A stretch of DNA of 64,000 nt from Nitrososphaeraceae archaeon (lineage in GTDB: Archaea; Thermoproteota; Nitrososphaeria; Nitrososphaerales; Nitrososphaeraceae), in contig DATFEP010000064.1 of NCBI GenBank assembly GCA_035250975.1, positions 1-64,000 on the forward strand, written 5' to 3'. The notes under the pieces were generated by a model that was not told where the DNA came from, searched no databases, and was given only the letters and a program-made list of their open reading frames with translations. Below are positions 51,578 through 61,652 of the stretch, one piece after another. Position 1 is the first letter of the stretch, and every line of letters starts with the position of its first letter. Both the position numbers and the translations under genes were made by a program.

Positions 51578-52042
51578 TTGTCTCGTGAAAATAATGGATT
51601 TAAGAGGATACTTGTTCTAGTAGATGGATCAAAATATTCGATAAATGCATTGGAATATGCTAGTATCCTATCTAAAGAATATGATTCTGAATTAATAGCA
51701 TTATACGTTGTACCATCCATAATGAGATATGATGATCTGTTTTTAAGTAAGAGAAAATACGAGGAGATCCCTGGATTCAAAGACATAATTGAACTGTCAT
51801 ACTTAGAATCTCATAATTGGTTAAATGAATTAAAGGAAAAAATTGGTGGAAAACTAACAACCGACGTCATTATTGCTAAGAAATCTGTTGTTTCTGAAAT
51901 ATTAGAATATTCAGAACGCAATGATATAGATTTAATAATTATGGGTACAAGAGGAAAAACAGGTTTGAAAAAATTACTGTTGGGAAGTACAGCAGAAGGG
52001 GTTATAACTTATGCACATTGTCCTGTATTAGTAGTTAGATAA
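51578..52042 (+). CDS. universal stress protein
   Basis: ILVLVDGS; GTRGKTGLKKLLLGST..AHCPVLVV. Confidence 0.92.
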   Translation: MSRENNGFKRILVLVDGSKYSINALEYASILSKEYDSELIALYVVPSIMRYDDLFLSKRKYEEIPGFKDIIELSYLESHNWLNELKEKIGGKLTTDVIIAKKSVVSEILEYSERNDIDLIIMGTRGKTGLKKLLLGSTAEGVITYAHCPVLVVR

Positions 52043-52216
52043 ATTTATCATGAAATTGAATTCATAGATTCTATCAGTTGAGAGTACGCATATCTCAAAG
52101 CCAAAATCATTACACTCCTAACTGGAAAATTATCTATATATTTAATGCAGAAAATATTATAACTCAGTTTATGTTTCTAAGTTATCCATTTAGTTAAGTT
52201 CAGGTTATCAAGTGGG

Positions 52217-53221
52217 TTAAAAATGTTGTATGTAATTCCTAGCAAGATTAAAATGCAACATGGCTTCTTTCTCGTGAATGGTTTTTTCGTTATTTAAAAC
52301 TTCATTAGCACGGAAAAGAGAGACCTTGGCTCTAACACAAGCCTTATAGCACATCATAAAAAAAATCATTTTCTTTATGACATCGTCCTCACTTTTTTTC
52401 ATATAATAAGAGATAAAATGGTCACGCAAATCTATACGTTGATGAAAATCAAAATCCATCGCAAGGTGTGAAATATCCTCTATTACATCAGCATATCGCA
52501 GAGAATCATTAAATTCTATTCTATCATAAAGATAAATTTTATCACGTATAATAAAAATATTTTTTAAATATAGATCACCATGAATATCACGAATTCTGTT
52601 TTCTTTTATACGTTGATGGAATAAATCAATATTATTTTCAACAAATGAGTCCAATTTATCATGAAATATTGGATCTAATTTTATAAGTTGAGAAAGGGTT
52701 TTGAAATTTTCATTAATTTTCTTTTTTATAAAGATAGGTCTACCAAATCTAGAAATATTTTTACTTGTAGTGGCACCATGATGGAATTTTATAAGTATTT
52801 TCGTTAAAGACTGTACTGTTTTCATATCTATTTTTCCATCCCGAAGTAAATTATCCATTCTAAATTTTTGTGGAATTTCTATCATTTTAACAGCATATTC
52901 TATAGCTCTTCCGTCGTCTCTAAGATCTACTATTTTAAAAATATCATTGTCATTAACAATTTTTACTACTTTCTGATACATGTTACCACAAAGGGTTTTA
53001 TTTAAAGAAATTTCCTTGTTACAAAATTTTTTTCTAAGATATAATTTTGAAAAGTCGAGAACTTGACCAAATTTTACATTTTTCTTTATCTTGTAGGCAT
53101 AAGAACCTGTGAGAATAACCCAAGAAATATGAGTTTCTAGGATTTTTATCCTTGATACTTTATGGGGATATGATTTTTTATTTCGTAATCGCAAAATAAT
53201 ATTCTGTTGGTCAATCTGCAT
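52217..53221 (-). CDS. aminoglycoside-phosphotransferase-like protein (COG2187 / Rv2004c N-terminal domain)
   Basis: ETHISWV, AYKIKK, LDFS, HGDL..NI, IEFN, YKACVRAKV. Confidence 0.82.
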   Translation of the reverse strand: MQIDQQNIILRLRNKKSYPHKVSRIKILETHISWVILTGSYAYKIKKNVKFGQVLDFSKLYLRKKFCNKEISLNKTLCGNMYQKVVKIVNDNDIFKIVDLRDDGRAIEYAVKMIEIPQKFRMDNLLRDGKIDMKTVQSLTKILIKFHHGATTSKNISRFGRPIFIKKKINENFKTLSQLIKLDPIFHDKLDSFVENNIDLFHQRIKENRIRDIHGDLYLKNIFIIRDKIYLYDRIEFNDSLRYADVIEDISHLAMDFDFHQRIDLRDHFISYYMKKSEDDVIKKMIFFMMCYKACVRAKVSLFRANEVLNNEKTIHEKEAMLHFNLARNYIQHF

Positions 53222-53414
53222 ACTTTAGCATCGCCTATAAAATCGCTTCATTCTACTTGTTAGATTTATTTATTTTAATAGTTATATGAATTCCCTTTAC
53301 TGATTCATAAATTAATGTAGTGATATTTTCGAGTAATGAAATAATATTAGAAGATGGAATACTACAATAAAATATTCCAAAATAATAAAGCTCATTTATT
53401 ACAAAGAAGATACA

Positions 53415-53981
53415 TTGAGCATGGCACGACAATTTTTATTATTTATTTCTATTGGAATTTTGATTACTGTAATTTTGTTTATCGATAAACAATATGTTTT
53501 TGGTCATCTCAATGGAACAAGAATACAAGAATTGATCGATAAGAAAAACGATATTAAACTTCTTTTTACATACGAACCGGAAAAGCCAATAATTGATACT
53601 TTCACAAAACTTTCCTTTAGTGCTCAAGATTTAGAAGGCAATCATATTGAGAATTATAAGGCATCAGTTATCGTAACAAATGGACAACGACTTTTCAAAT
53701 TTCAAAATATATCTGTTCCTGACGGAGATTTTGATGTAGAATATATTTTCCCAGATGATGGAACACATCAAGTAATAACCAGAATTGATACGAAATCTAG
53801 CATCACACCGGCATCATTTAGTGTATTTGTTCCACATCAGGCACCGCCAAGTATATTAAATCCATTTCCGCTTCCACCCGACGGAAAATATAGTTTAGAA
53901 ATAATAGTAAGCATAGTACTTGCAATAGTAATTCCAATAATAGCAGTAATATCATTGATTTTTATGATTAAGAAACGTTGA
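53415..53981 (+). CDS. exported protein with a C-terminal membrane anchor
   Basis: N-terminal hydrophobic signal, beta-rich core (EYIFPDDGTHQV), Pro-rich linker, and a C-terminal TM followed by KKR. Confidence 0.7.
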   Translation: MSMARQFLLFISIGILITVILFIDKQYVFGHLNGTRIQELIDKKNDIKLLFTYEPEKPIIDTFTKLSFSAQDLEGNHIENYKASVIVTNGQRLFKFQNISVPDGDFDVEYIFPDDGTHQVITRIDTKSSITPASFSVFVPHQAPPSILNPFPLPPDGKYSLEIIVSIVLAIVIPIIAVISLIFMIKKR

Positions 53982-54396
53982 TAAAAAAATTGAATTAATT
54001 AATTATAAAATATTCAAGTGGTGCATTTTAATTCCAACTAATTAATATTTTGCAAATCGGTTTTATAAAAGTATTAGAGAGCTATTGCCACTTATCGGAA
54101 AAGATAGAACTTCTTCATGAAACATATTGAAATTTTCAATAACGCTAAATAATACACCTGCTACTACTAGCGTCTTAGTTAGATAATAAATTTTGTTCTT
54201 TATGACCTTGTATCATTCTTTTACTTATTTTGGCAACATATTGCATGTATTTGGGGATGACTTTTTGGGAAAATCTTCATTAAAAAATATTGAACCATAA
54301 CATACTATGAGCCGATCATTTAGAGTGGATCTGTTGTATTTGGTTACAAAGAAAACGATATTTAGTTAGTATCTATTATTAATTTTGAATTAAAGA

Positions 54397-56043
54397 ATGA
54401 AAAAAAAGATTGTCGATGCTACTGTTTCTCTTTCAGAAATTAATGACAATAGTGTAGTAGCAATTTCTGGTTTCAATATGGCTATTACGCCAGAATACTT
54501 AATTCTGGAATTGTACAGAAAATATGTTGAGGAAGGACATCCTAAGAATATATTTATTATCTCAGATGCACTGCCGGCTATCCCCGGCAGAGCGATAGAT
54601 AAAATTGCTGAGCCCCTATATAATGATCTCAACCAAAAGTTTCTGCGGGGAATATTGATGCCTTTTTTGGGTTTTTCTCCATGGCTTCAAAAGATGGTAC
54701 ACGAAGACAGGATTGAATACTATGGCTGGCCAATAGGGATTACTGCGTATTGGTTTAGAGAGATCGCATCTGGAAGACCAGGACTTTTAACAAAAATCGG
54801 TATAGACACATTTTTGGATCCAAGAAGAGAGGGAGCTGCATTAAATGAACTTGGTAAGAAAAATGCATCCTGCAAAGTTAGTGTTTTAGATATTGATGGA
54901 GCAGAATGGCTGTTATATCAGGCTCCAAAACCTAATTGTTCCTTTATAAGAGCATCAACGTCTGACGAAGCAGGTAATTTGTCGATGGAAGATGAAGGTA
55001 TAAGAGGAACCATCCTCAGTATTGCACAAGCTACTAAAGCAAGCCCACATCAAGGGACTGTTATTGCACAAGTAAAATGGATCACACGATCGGGCTCGAT
55101 TAATCCAAGGGATGTTGATGTGCCTGGTCCATTGGTTGATTATGTTATAGTATCTCCAAAAAAATATCACTGGCAGAGCGGAAATATTGAATTTGATCCC
55201 AGAATATCATATAAAATACTTCCCTCATTAACAGATACATTGTTTTATGGTCTTCCCAAAGTATCTATGAAAGCACACGAAAAAGTGATAGCAAGAAGAG
55301 TCATCTTAGAATTAGTAAGATTACTAGAAGAAAAAAATGCACCAGTATTGGTTAACTTGGGAATAGGCATACCGGCTTTTGTTTCTTCTATAGCAGCTGA
55401 AGAGGAGGTATCGGAATTTATTATATCTGTACTTGAATCTGGTCAATGGGGGGGACTTGCTCTTTCGGGAAATGACTTTGGATTGGCAATCAGTCCATTT
55501 GCACTTTCAACAATTCCAGATGTATTTTCCAACTTTGAGGGGGGGATAATAGATGCTGCATCTCTTGGTTTTCTACAGATAGATAAGGAAGGTAATGTTA
55601 ACCCATCCATTCTTCCTAATAAGATATATGGACCTGGAGGATTTCCTGTTATTGCAGGTGGGGCACCTAGGACTTTCTTTGCGGGGTCTTTCACAGCAGG
55701 AAAAAGTGATATTATACTTTCAAACAAGACTATAAAAATCCAAAACGATGGACTAACATTGAAGTTCGTTGAAAAAGTCTACAAGATAGTATTTAGTGGA
55801 AAGCAAGCGGCTAAATACGGTCATACAATTCGCTATATTACTGAAAGAGCCGTCTTCAGGTTAACAGATCGTGGGATAGTTCTTGATGAGATTGCTCCTA
55901 AAATAGACATAGATAAAGAGATATTGGCAAAAATGGATTTTTTACCTATAATAGGTTCTAATCTCAGGACAATGGATGACAGAATTTTTGACGAATCAAA
56001 GATGAATATAAAAGAAGAAGTATTTCGTATTTTTAAAAAGTGA
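54397..56043 (+). CDS. acyl-CoA:acetate/propionate CoA-transferase (fused family I, YdiF/Pct-like)
   Basis: PGLLTKIGIDTFLDPR, NLGIGIP, VLESG (catalytic Glu), GPGGF, YITERAVF. Confidence 0.9.
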   Translation: MKKKIVDATVSLSEINDNSVVAISGFNMAITPEYLILELYRKYVEEGHPKNIFIISDALPAIPGRAIDKIAEPLYNDLNQKFLRGILMPFLGFSPWLQKMVHEDRIEYYGWPIGITAYWFREIASGRPGLLTKIGIDTFLDPRREGAALNELGKKNASCKVSVLDIDGAEWLLYQAPKPNCSFIRASTSDEAGNLSMEDEGIRGTILSIAQATKASPHQGTVIAQVKWITRSGSINPRDVDVPGPLVDYVIVSPKKYHWQSGNIEFDPRISYKILPSLTDTLFYGLPKVSMKAHEKVIARRVILELVRLLEEKNAPVLVNLGIGIPAFVSSIAAEEEVSEFIISVLESGQWGGLALSGNDFGLAISPFALSTIPDVFSNFEGGIIDAASLGFLQIDKEGNVNPSILPNKIYGPGGFPVIAGGAPRTFFAGSFTAGKSDIILSNKTIKIQNDGLTLKFVEKVYKIVFSGKQAAKYGHTIRYITERAVFRLTDRGIVLDEIAPKIDIDKEILAKMDFLPIIGSNLRTMDDRIFDESKMNIKEEVFRIFKK

Positions 56044-56144
56044 CAGATGAGAATTCAAATTTGATACTCATTTACATCTTTTTATTATTTTGATCCTCAT
56101 GATTAACAAACCAGATTTAATTTTGTTTAACATAACTGCATTTT

Positions 56145-56807
56145 TTATACATACAAGAATTTTGAGAACCATTGTAAAGCCAACTTAGAAACTTCCTCTA
56201 GCGTTCCAGGTTCTTCAAAAAGATGTGTCGCCTTAGGAACAATTATCAATTTTTTATCTTTCACTTCTTTAAGATTTTCGAATGCATCTTTATTTAATTT
56301 TATAACTTCAATATCTTTTTCTCCAACTAGTAAGAGTGTTGGTGCTTTTACCTTGAAAAGTGCGTCATTTGCCAGATCCGGTCGCCCGCCTCTTGAAACA
56401 ATAGCTTTAATATTCTTATTATCTGCTGCAGCCACCAGAGCTGCAGCAGCACCAGTACTTGCACCAAAATATCCGATTTTTAAATCTTTTGTACTGGGAT
56501 TTTCTTGAATCCACTTCGTCGCATCATTCAATCTATCAGCCAAAAGTTTGATATCAAATCTGAAATGACCACTCCACATCTCTTCATGCTCTTCTTCTTT
56601 TGTAAGGAGATCAAACAAAAGTGTTGAAATATTACCATCTTGCAATGTTTGTGCTACATATTTATTTCTTGGACTAAATCGACTGCTTCCACTACCATGA
56701 ACAAAGAGAACTATTCCACTTGCCTTATCCGGAATTGAAAGATTACCTTCCAGTACTTTTGAACCAGAAGTAATAGACACACTATTAATAGCAGATTTTT
56801 TGGTCAT
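56145..56807 (-). CDS. dienelactone hydrolase-family alpha/beta hydrolase
   Basis: HGSGSSRFSPRN, GASTG nucleophile elbow, SRGGRPDLA, THLFEEPG. Confidence 0.88.
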   Translation of the reverse strand: MTKKSAINSVSITSGSKVLEGNLSIPDKASGIVLFVHGSGSSRFSPRNKYVAQTLQDGNISTLLFDLLTKEEEHEEMWSGHFRFDIKLLADRLNDATKWIQENPSTKDLKIGYFGASTGAAAALVAAADNKNIKAIVSRGGRPDLANDALFKVKAPTLLLVGEKDIEVIKLNKDAFENLKEVKDKKLIIVPKATHLFEEPGTLEEVSKLALQWFSKFLYV

Positions 56808-57086
56808 CTTCCTTCTCCCAAACTAAGTCCTATTTTATTAGAAAGTTCTGGATTTGTAGGAAATGAGATTACTTCAATGTTATTTTTTCCACCTAGGTTC
56901 AATAATATAAACAAGGTGTTCATGCCAAATATAACATATTGTTATAATATTAACACTATGCAATCAATTGTACACTAGTAATAAATTCAATTTAATTAGT
57001 TTATTTTATTTTCCTTTATTGAATTATTTTGTTCATAAATAATGCAGACAAAGGCAAAAATAATAAATAACTAAAATTTCTAATAC

Positions 57087-59375
57087 GTGATAATAAATTT
57101 AAATAACTTGAGAATATCTATTTCTGGAACAATACAAGGTGTAGGTTTTAGACCTTTTATCTATAGAATTGCAAATGAATCTCATCTTTACGGGTATATA
57201 CAGAATAAAGGAGATGGGATCGTAGAGATCTGCGTTCAAGGAAGCCAGAAAAATATTGAACTTTTCATAAGAAAAATGAAAAATGAGAAACCCGTCCTTG
57301 CACATTATGATCATATTGATATCATGGATCTTGATGAGAAAAAAAAATACAATGATTTTACCATAATTGATAGTTCCAAAACAAGATCAAAAACAGGTTC
57401 TTCAATCCACCCGGATATTTCAATATGTAAAAAGTGTACGATAGATTTTTATCAAAATAAAAGGAGATATCAGTATCCATTCATCTCATGTACCGAATGT
57501 GGGCCAAAATTTACGACATTAAAAATGTATCCTTACGACAGAACAAATACAACAATGTCAGATTTTGCAATGTGTAAAGAATGCGAATCTGAATATAATG
57601 AACCAAAGAATAGATTATTTCATTATGAACTAATATCCTGTACGGAATGTGGACCAAAATTTTCTATTGTAGATAACAAAGGTCATATTATCAATACCAA
57701 TGATCCCGTATCACTTTCAGCGAAATTGCTTATGGAAGGAAATATAATGGCTGTAAAGGGTCTTGGAGGTTTTCACGTCATAACATCATCCACAAAGTCC
57801 GAACCGATAATGAAATTGCGAAATAAAAAAGACAGAAAAAATAAACCTTTTGCGATCATGGGCAAAGATGTTCAATCCATAAAATCGTTTGCCTGCGTAA
57901 ACGATTTAGAAGAAAAAATATTAACTTCCATGACAAAACCTATTGTTCTATTAGACAAGAGTAACAATTATTTTCTTTCTCCTTTCATTTCACCGAATCT
58001 CCACAATGTTGGAGTTATGCTTCCTTATATGGGGTTACATATAATGTTATTCGAATCCATCGAAGAACCTGCTTTGGTTATGACCAGTGGAAACGAAAGT
58101 GGTAATCCGATAATAAAAGATAACAAAGAAGCTATAAAATCTCTAGGACATTATGTAGATTATTTTTTGATTCACAATAGAGAAATATTTTCGCGATGTG
58201 ATGACTCGATAATTAAAGTCATAGAAGATAACCCTATACTATTAAGAAGATCCAGAGGATTCGTTCCATCAAAGATCTCTTTTACAAAAAGTATTCCAGA
58301 TTGTATTCTAGCACTTGGTGGAGAAATGAACGTAGTATTCTGTATATTATATAATGAAGACTGTTTCATTTCACAACATATTGGAGACCTTTATAATCCA
58401 GATTCTTATTTATTTTTTAAGAGTACAATTGAACAAATGATGAAATTTCTAGATTTGAAACCGTCTTTTTTAGCATGTGATTTACATCCTTCTATGTTAA
58501 CGACGAACTTGGCTTATAATATTGCTCAGAATGAATCTAACGTCTTTCAAGTACAACACCATCACTCCCATATAGCCTCTCTAATGTCAGAACACAACAT
58601 ACAAGATATTATAGGAGTGGTGTGTGATGGAATTGGATATGGTTTAGATGGAAATCTATGGGGTGGGGAAATATTCAAATGCGAAAATGTAACAAACATT
58701 CAACGAATTGGACATTTAATTGAGCAACCCATGATAGGAGGAGATTTGGCGACACTAAACCCCTTAAGAATGGTCGCCGGAATACTATATGGCAAGGTTG
58801 ATGGTTTTGAAGATTTCCTATATTCAAATTTAACACGGTTCCGGTATGGACATAAAGAAATAGAATCCATCATTGGCAATCTGCAATCTGATTCATATTC
58901 CAAAACTACCAGTACGGGCAGGATACTTGATGCAATATCATCTCTACTTGGGATTTGTTATGATAGAACTTATGAAGGAGAGCCTGCAATATCACTAGAA
59001 TCAAGTTCAATAAATGGCAAAGATATTTTCATTGATCCAAAAATATCAGGAAATATTTTGGATACTACATATTTACTAAAATTTATATACGAAAACAGAG
59101 GTAGGCTTTCTCCAAGGGATCTCGGTTATTCTGCCCATTCCTATCTCGCAAATGGTTTAGGAGAAATTGCTGCAGAAAATGCACTGTCTACGGGTATCAA
59201 AGTTGTTGGGTTTTCAGGAGGAGTTGCACATAATAGAATTTTTACAAAAATCCTAAAAGAAGAGATTGAGAAGAGGGGGTTGAGGTTTCTACTACACCAA
59301 AAAATTCCACCTGGAGATGGAGGAATTTCTGTAGGTCAAGCTTATTATACTATGAATAAAATTCTAAATAGCTGA
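57087..59375 (+). CDS. hypF: [NiFe]-hydrogenase maturation carbamoyltransferase
   Basis: GTIQGVGFRPF acylphosphatase domain, two Zn fingers (CxxC..CTECGP), KGLGGFH, QHHHSH, GDGGISVGQ. Confidence 0.96.
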   Translation: MIINLNNLRISISGTIQGVGFRPFIYRIANESHLYGYIQNKGDGIVEICVQGSQKNIELFIRKMKNEKPVLAHYDHIDIMDLDEKKKYNDFTIIDSSKTRSKTGSSIHPDISICKKCTIDFYQNKRRYQYPFISCTECGPKFTTLKMYPYDRTNTTMSDFAMCKECESEYNEPKNRLFHYELISCTECGPKFSIVDNKGHIINTNDPVSLSAKLLMEGNIMAVKGLGGFHVITSSTKSEPIMKLRNKKDRKNKPFAIMGKDVQSIKSFACVNDLEEKILTSMTKPIVLLDKSNNYFLSPFISPNLHNVGVMLPYMGLHIMLFESIEEPALVMTSGNESGNPIIKDNKEAIKSLGHYVDYFLIHNREIFSRCDDSIIKVIEDNPILLRRSRGFVPSKISFTKSIPDCILALGGEMNVVFCILYNEDCFISQHIGDLYNPDSYLFFKSTIEQMMKFLDLKPSFLACDLHPSMLTTNLAYNIAQNESNVFQVQHHHSHIASLMSEHNIQDIIGVVCDGIGYGLDGNLWGGEIFKCENVTNIQRIGHLIEQPMIGGDLATLNPLRMVAGILYGKVDGFEDFLYSNLTRFRYGHKEIESIIGNLQSDSYSKTTSTGRILDAISSLLGICYDRTYEGEPAISLESSSINGKDIFIDPKISGNILDTTYLLKFIYENRGRLSPRDLGYSAHSYLANGLGEIAAENALSTGIKVVGFSGGVAHNRIFTKILKEEIEKRGLRFLLHQKIPPGDGGISVGQAYYTMNKILNS

Positions 59376-59429
59376 TTTTTTATTATCTATAATCTTTATA
59401 GGCTAGATTTTCCTATCAATTCCAGGCTT

Positions 59430-59744
59430 ATGTGTTTGGCTTTTCCAGGCAAGATAACTGAAATAATAGGAGATTTTGCCAAGATAGATTTTGGTGGAGG
59501 TACTATGAGAAATAATATTAATATTTCCTACGTTGATGGTCAAGTGGGAGATTATGTTCTTATTCATGCAGGGTATGCAATCCAAGTATTGGACCTGGTT
59601 GAGGCCGAAAATATATTGAAATACTGGGTCGACAATACATCTTGGAAGTGTAACCAGTGTGAAATAATAAATGAATGTTACACCGGAAATTTGGTTAAAG
59701 AAGTAAAACAGATTAAACATAATAACTTGGGTTCGGAATCATGA
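59430..59744 (+). CDS. hypC: hydrogenase assembly chaperone HypC with a Cys-rich extension
   Basis: MCLAFPGK, VGDYVLIHAGYAI. Confidence 0.93.
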   Translation: MCLAFPGKITEIIGDFAKIDFGGGTMRNNINISYVDGQVGDYVLIHAGYAIQVLDLVEAENILKYWVDNTSWKCNQCEIINECYTGNLVKEVKQIKHNNLGSES

Positions 59745-60850
59745 TTCTAGAAAAGTACAAAGATCCCGAATTAGCAAAGAATATTACTGAAAAGATCCGT
59801 GAATATGCCGATTCGATAGAAGAGAACCTGCTTTTTATGCATGTTTGTGGATCTCATGAATGGACGATATCTCACTATGGCATAAGGTCGCTGATCCCTA
59901 AAAATATAGAGATAAGACCTGGACCTGGCTGTCCTGTTTGTATTACTCCAGCTGAGGATATAGACAATGCCATAAAGCTCGGTTTAGAAGGAAAAACCAT
60001 TTTAGTATATGGAGATATGTCAAGGTCGAAGGGATCAAAAGGAAAAAGCCTTTTAGATATAAGGGTACTTGGTGCTAAAATCAAGATAGTATACAGCATA
60101 CAGGAAGCCATATTATTAGCAAGAAATGACCCAACAGAAGACTTCGTCTTTTTCGGAGTAGGATTTGATACCACTGCCCCTCCTACTGCATTTGAGATAT
60201 TGAAAGGTTTACCACCGAATCTTGCTATCATTAATTCATATAGATATATGCCTCCAATAGTGGGTGCAGTTATAAAATCGTCTGTACTGGGTGTGGATGC
60301 CGTATTAAATCCGGGACATTCATCTACAATAACTGGAATGAAACCTTATTACAGATATTTTCTAGAAACTAGAAAACCTCAAGTCTTTTGTGGATTTGAA
60401 CCTATTGACATTTTATTGGGAATTCTAATTCTGTTAAAACAGATAAAAGATGGAAAGGCGAAACTAGAAAATGAATATCAAAGGTCAGTCACATGGGAAG
60501 GAAATAAACATGCTCAGAAAAAACTTGAAGATGTATTTGACCTAGACACAGGTTACATAAGAGGAGTAGCAAGTATTCCAGAATGCGGTTTTACGTTTAA
60601 GGAAAAATATAAGGATGTTGATGCATATGTCAAATATGGTTTATCAAGGCAAACAAATAATGAACATTTTGTAGCAGGAGCTCGATGTGGTGAAGTGATT
60701 TTAGGTCTTTGTGAACCTACTGAATGTCCGCTATATATGAAAGAATGTACTAAACAGACACCTAAAGGGCCTACGATGATTTCTCTTGAAGGCACATGTA
60801 GAATATGGGCTGAACATAATCTGATTAAATCTATAAAAAAACTTTCTTAA
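59741..60850 (+). CDS. hypD: hydrogenase formation protein HypD
   Basis: HVCGSHE, GPGCPVC, GFDTT, PGH, and a C-terminal Fe-S Cys cluster. Confidence 0.95.
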   Translation: MILEKYKDPELAKNITEKIREYADSIEENLLFMHVCGSHEWTISHYGIRSLIPKNIEIRPGPGCPVCITPAEDIDNAIKLGLEGKTILVYGDMSRSKGSKGKSLLDIRVLGAKIKIVYSIQEAILLARNDPTEDFVFFGVGFDTTAPPTAFEILKGLPPNLAIINSYRYMPPIVGAVIKSSVLGVDAVLNPGHSSTITGMKPYYRYFLETRKPQVFCGFEPIDILLGILILLKQIKDGKAKLENEYQRSVTWEGNKHAQKKLEDVFDLDTGYIRGVASIPECGFTFKEKYKDVDAYVKYGLSRQTNNEHFVAGARCGEVILGLCEPTECPLYMKECTKQTPKGPTMISLEGTCRIWAEHNLIKSIKKLS

Positions 60851-60869
60851 TATTCAATATTGATCTTTT

Positions 60870-61652
60870 ATGGCTTTTTTTATAGGAAATAGTTTTTGTA
60901 AACTTTGTCAAAAGGATGAAGAACAACTTGTAAGTGAATTATTTTACTGTACAAAGGGACTAATTAATAAGGGTTATTCGATAATTAAAAATACACTAAA
61001 TAGTGCACGACTCCCAAGTTGTGACGACTTTTATGTAACATATTTTAAAAATAATATATGGAATTCAGATATCAAAGTACTAAAAATAAATATAAAAGAT
61101 TGTTGTAATAATCATGAACAACCCACAAACGGTGTTGAAGTTGATAAAGGCGAAATTTTGCTACATACGAAAATATATCAAGCTCGTCCGGATGTCAATG
61201 CTATTTGTCATACAAGAAATCCATATTCGATAATTTTAGACAATGATACTTTTAAAAGAGTACATGGAGAAGCTACATTGATCTTAGGCGACATTCCTAT
61301 CATGGATATTGAAAATTTTTCTGATGAAAATAGAACGGTGAGCTTCATAGAAAAAATAGTTCAATCAACTATAGGCGAACCCCTAAGGCCTATAAGAACC
61401 GTAATATTATCAAACAATAGTGTTTTGGCTCTTGGTTCCTGCATACATGAAGCAAGAGCATTTACAGAAATACTGGAAGAATGTGCCAGATTTTACATGA
61501 TATCTAAAATTTTTGGCGGACCGCTAAATCTGCTTACACTTGATCAATTGAGAGGTTTGGGATCGAGATATGCAAGAGCCATAAAATTTGGAGGAAGGAA
61601 AATAATGTCTAATGCGAATCGTCCAGATGTTCGGATTAATAAAAATTTTTGA
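60870..61652 (+). CDS. class II aldolase/adducin-fold protein with a degenerate metal site
   Basis: E.LLH.KIYQARPDVNAICHT, LALG..IHEA....E.LEECAR; the usual HxH and NHG ligands are altered. Confidence 0.7.
   Translation: MAFFIGNSFCKLCQKDEEQLVSELFYCTKGLINKGYSIIKNTLNSARLPSCDDFYVTYFKNNIWNSDIKVLKINIKDCCNNHEQPTNGVEVDKGEILLHTKIYQARPDVNAICHTRNPYSIILDNDTFKRVHGEATLILGDIPIMDIENFSDENRTVSFIEKIVQSTIGEPLRPIRTVILSNNSVLALGSCIHEARAFTEILEECARFYMISKIFGGPLNLLTLDQLRGLGSRYARAIKFGGRKIMSNANRPDVRINKNF

Noticed and set aside
60670-60800. HypD C-terminal Cys pattern differs from the Thermococcus CxC...C type (ARC...GLC...GPTM)
   Set aside because: As I recall, E. coli HypD shows the same ARC..G.C arrangement, so it is a known variant.
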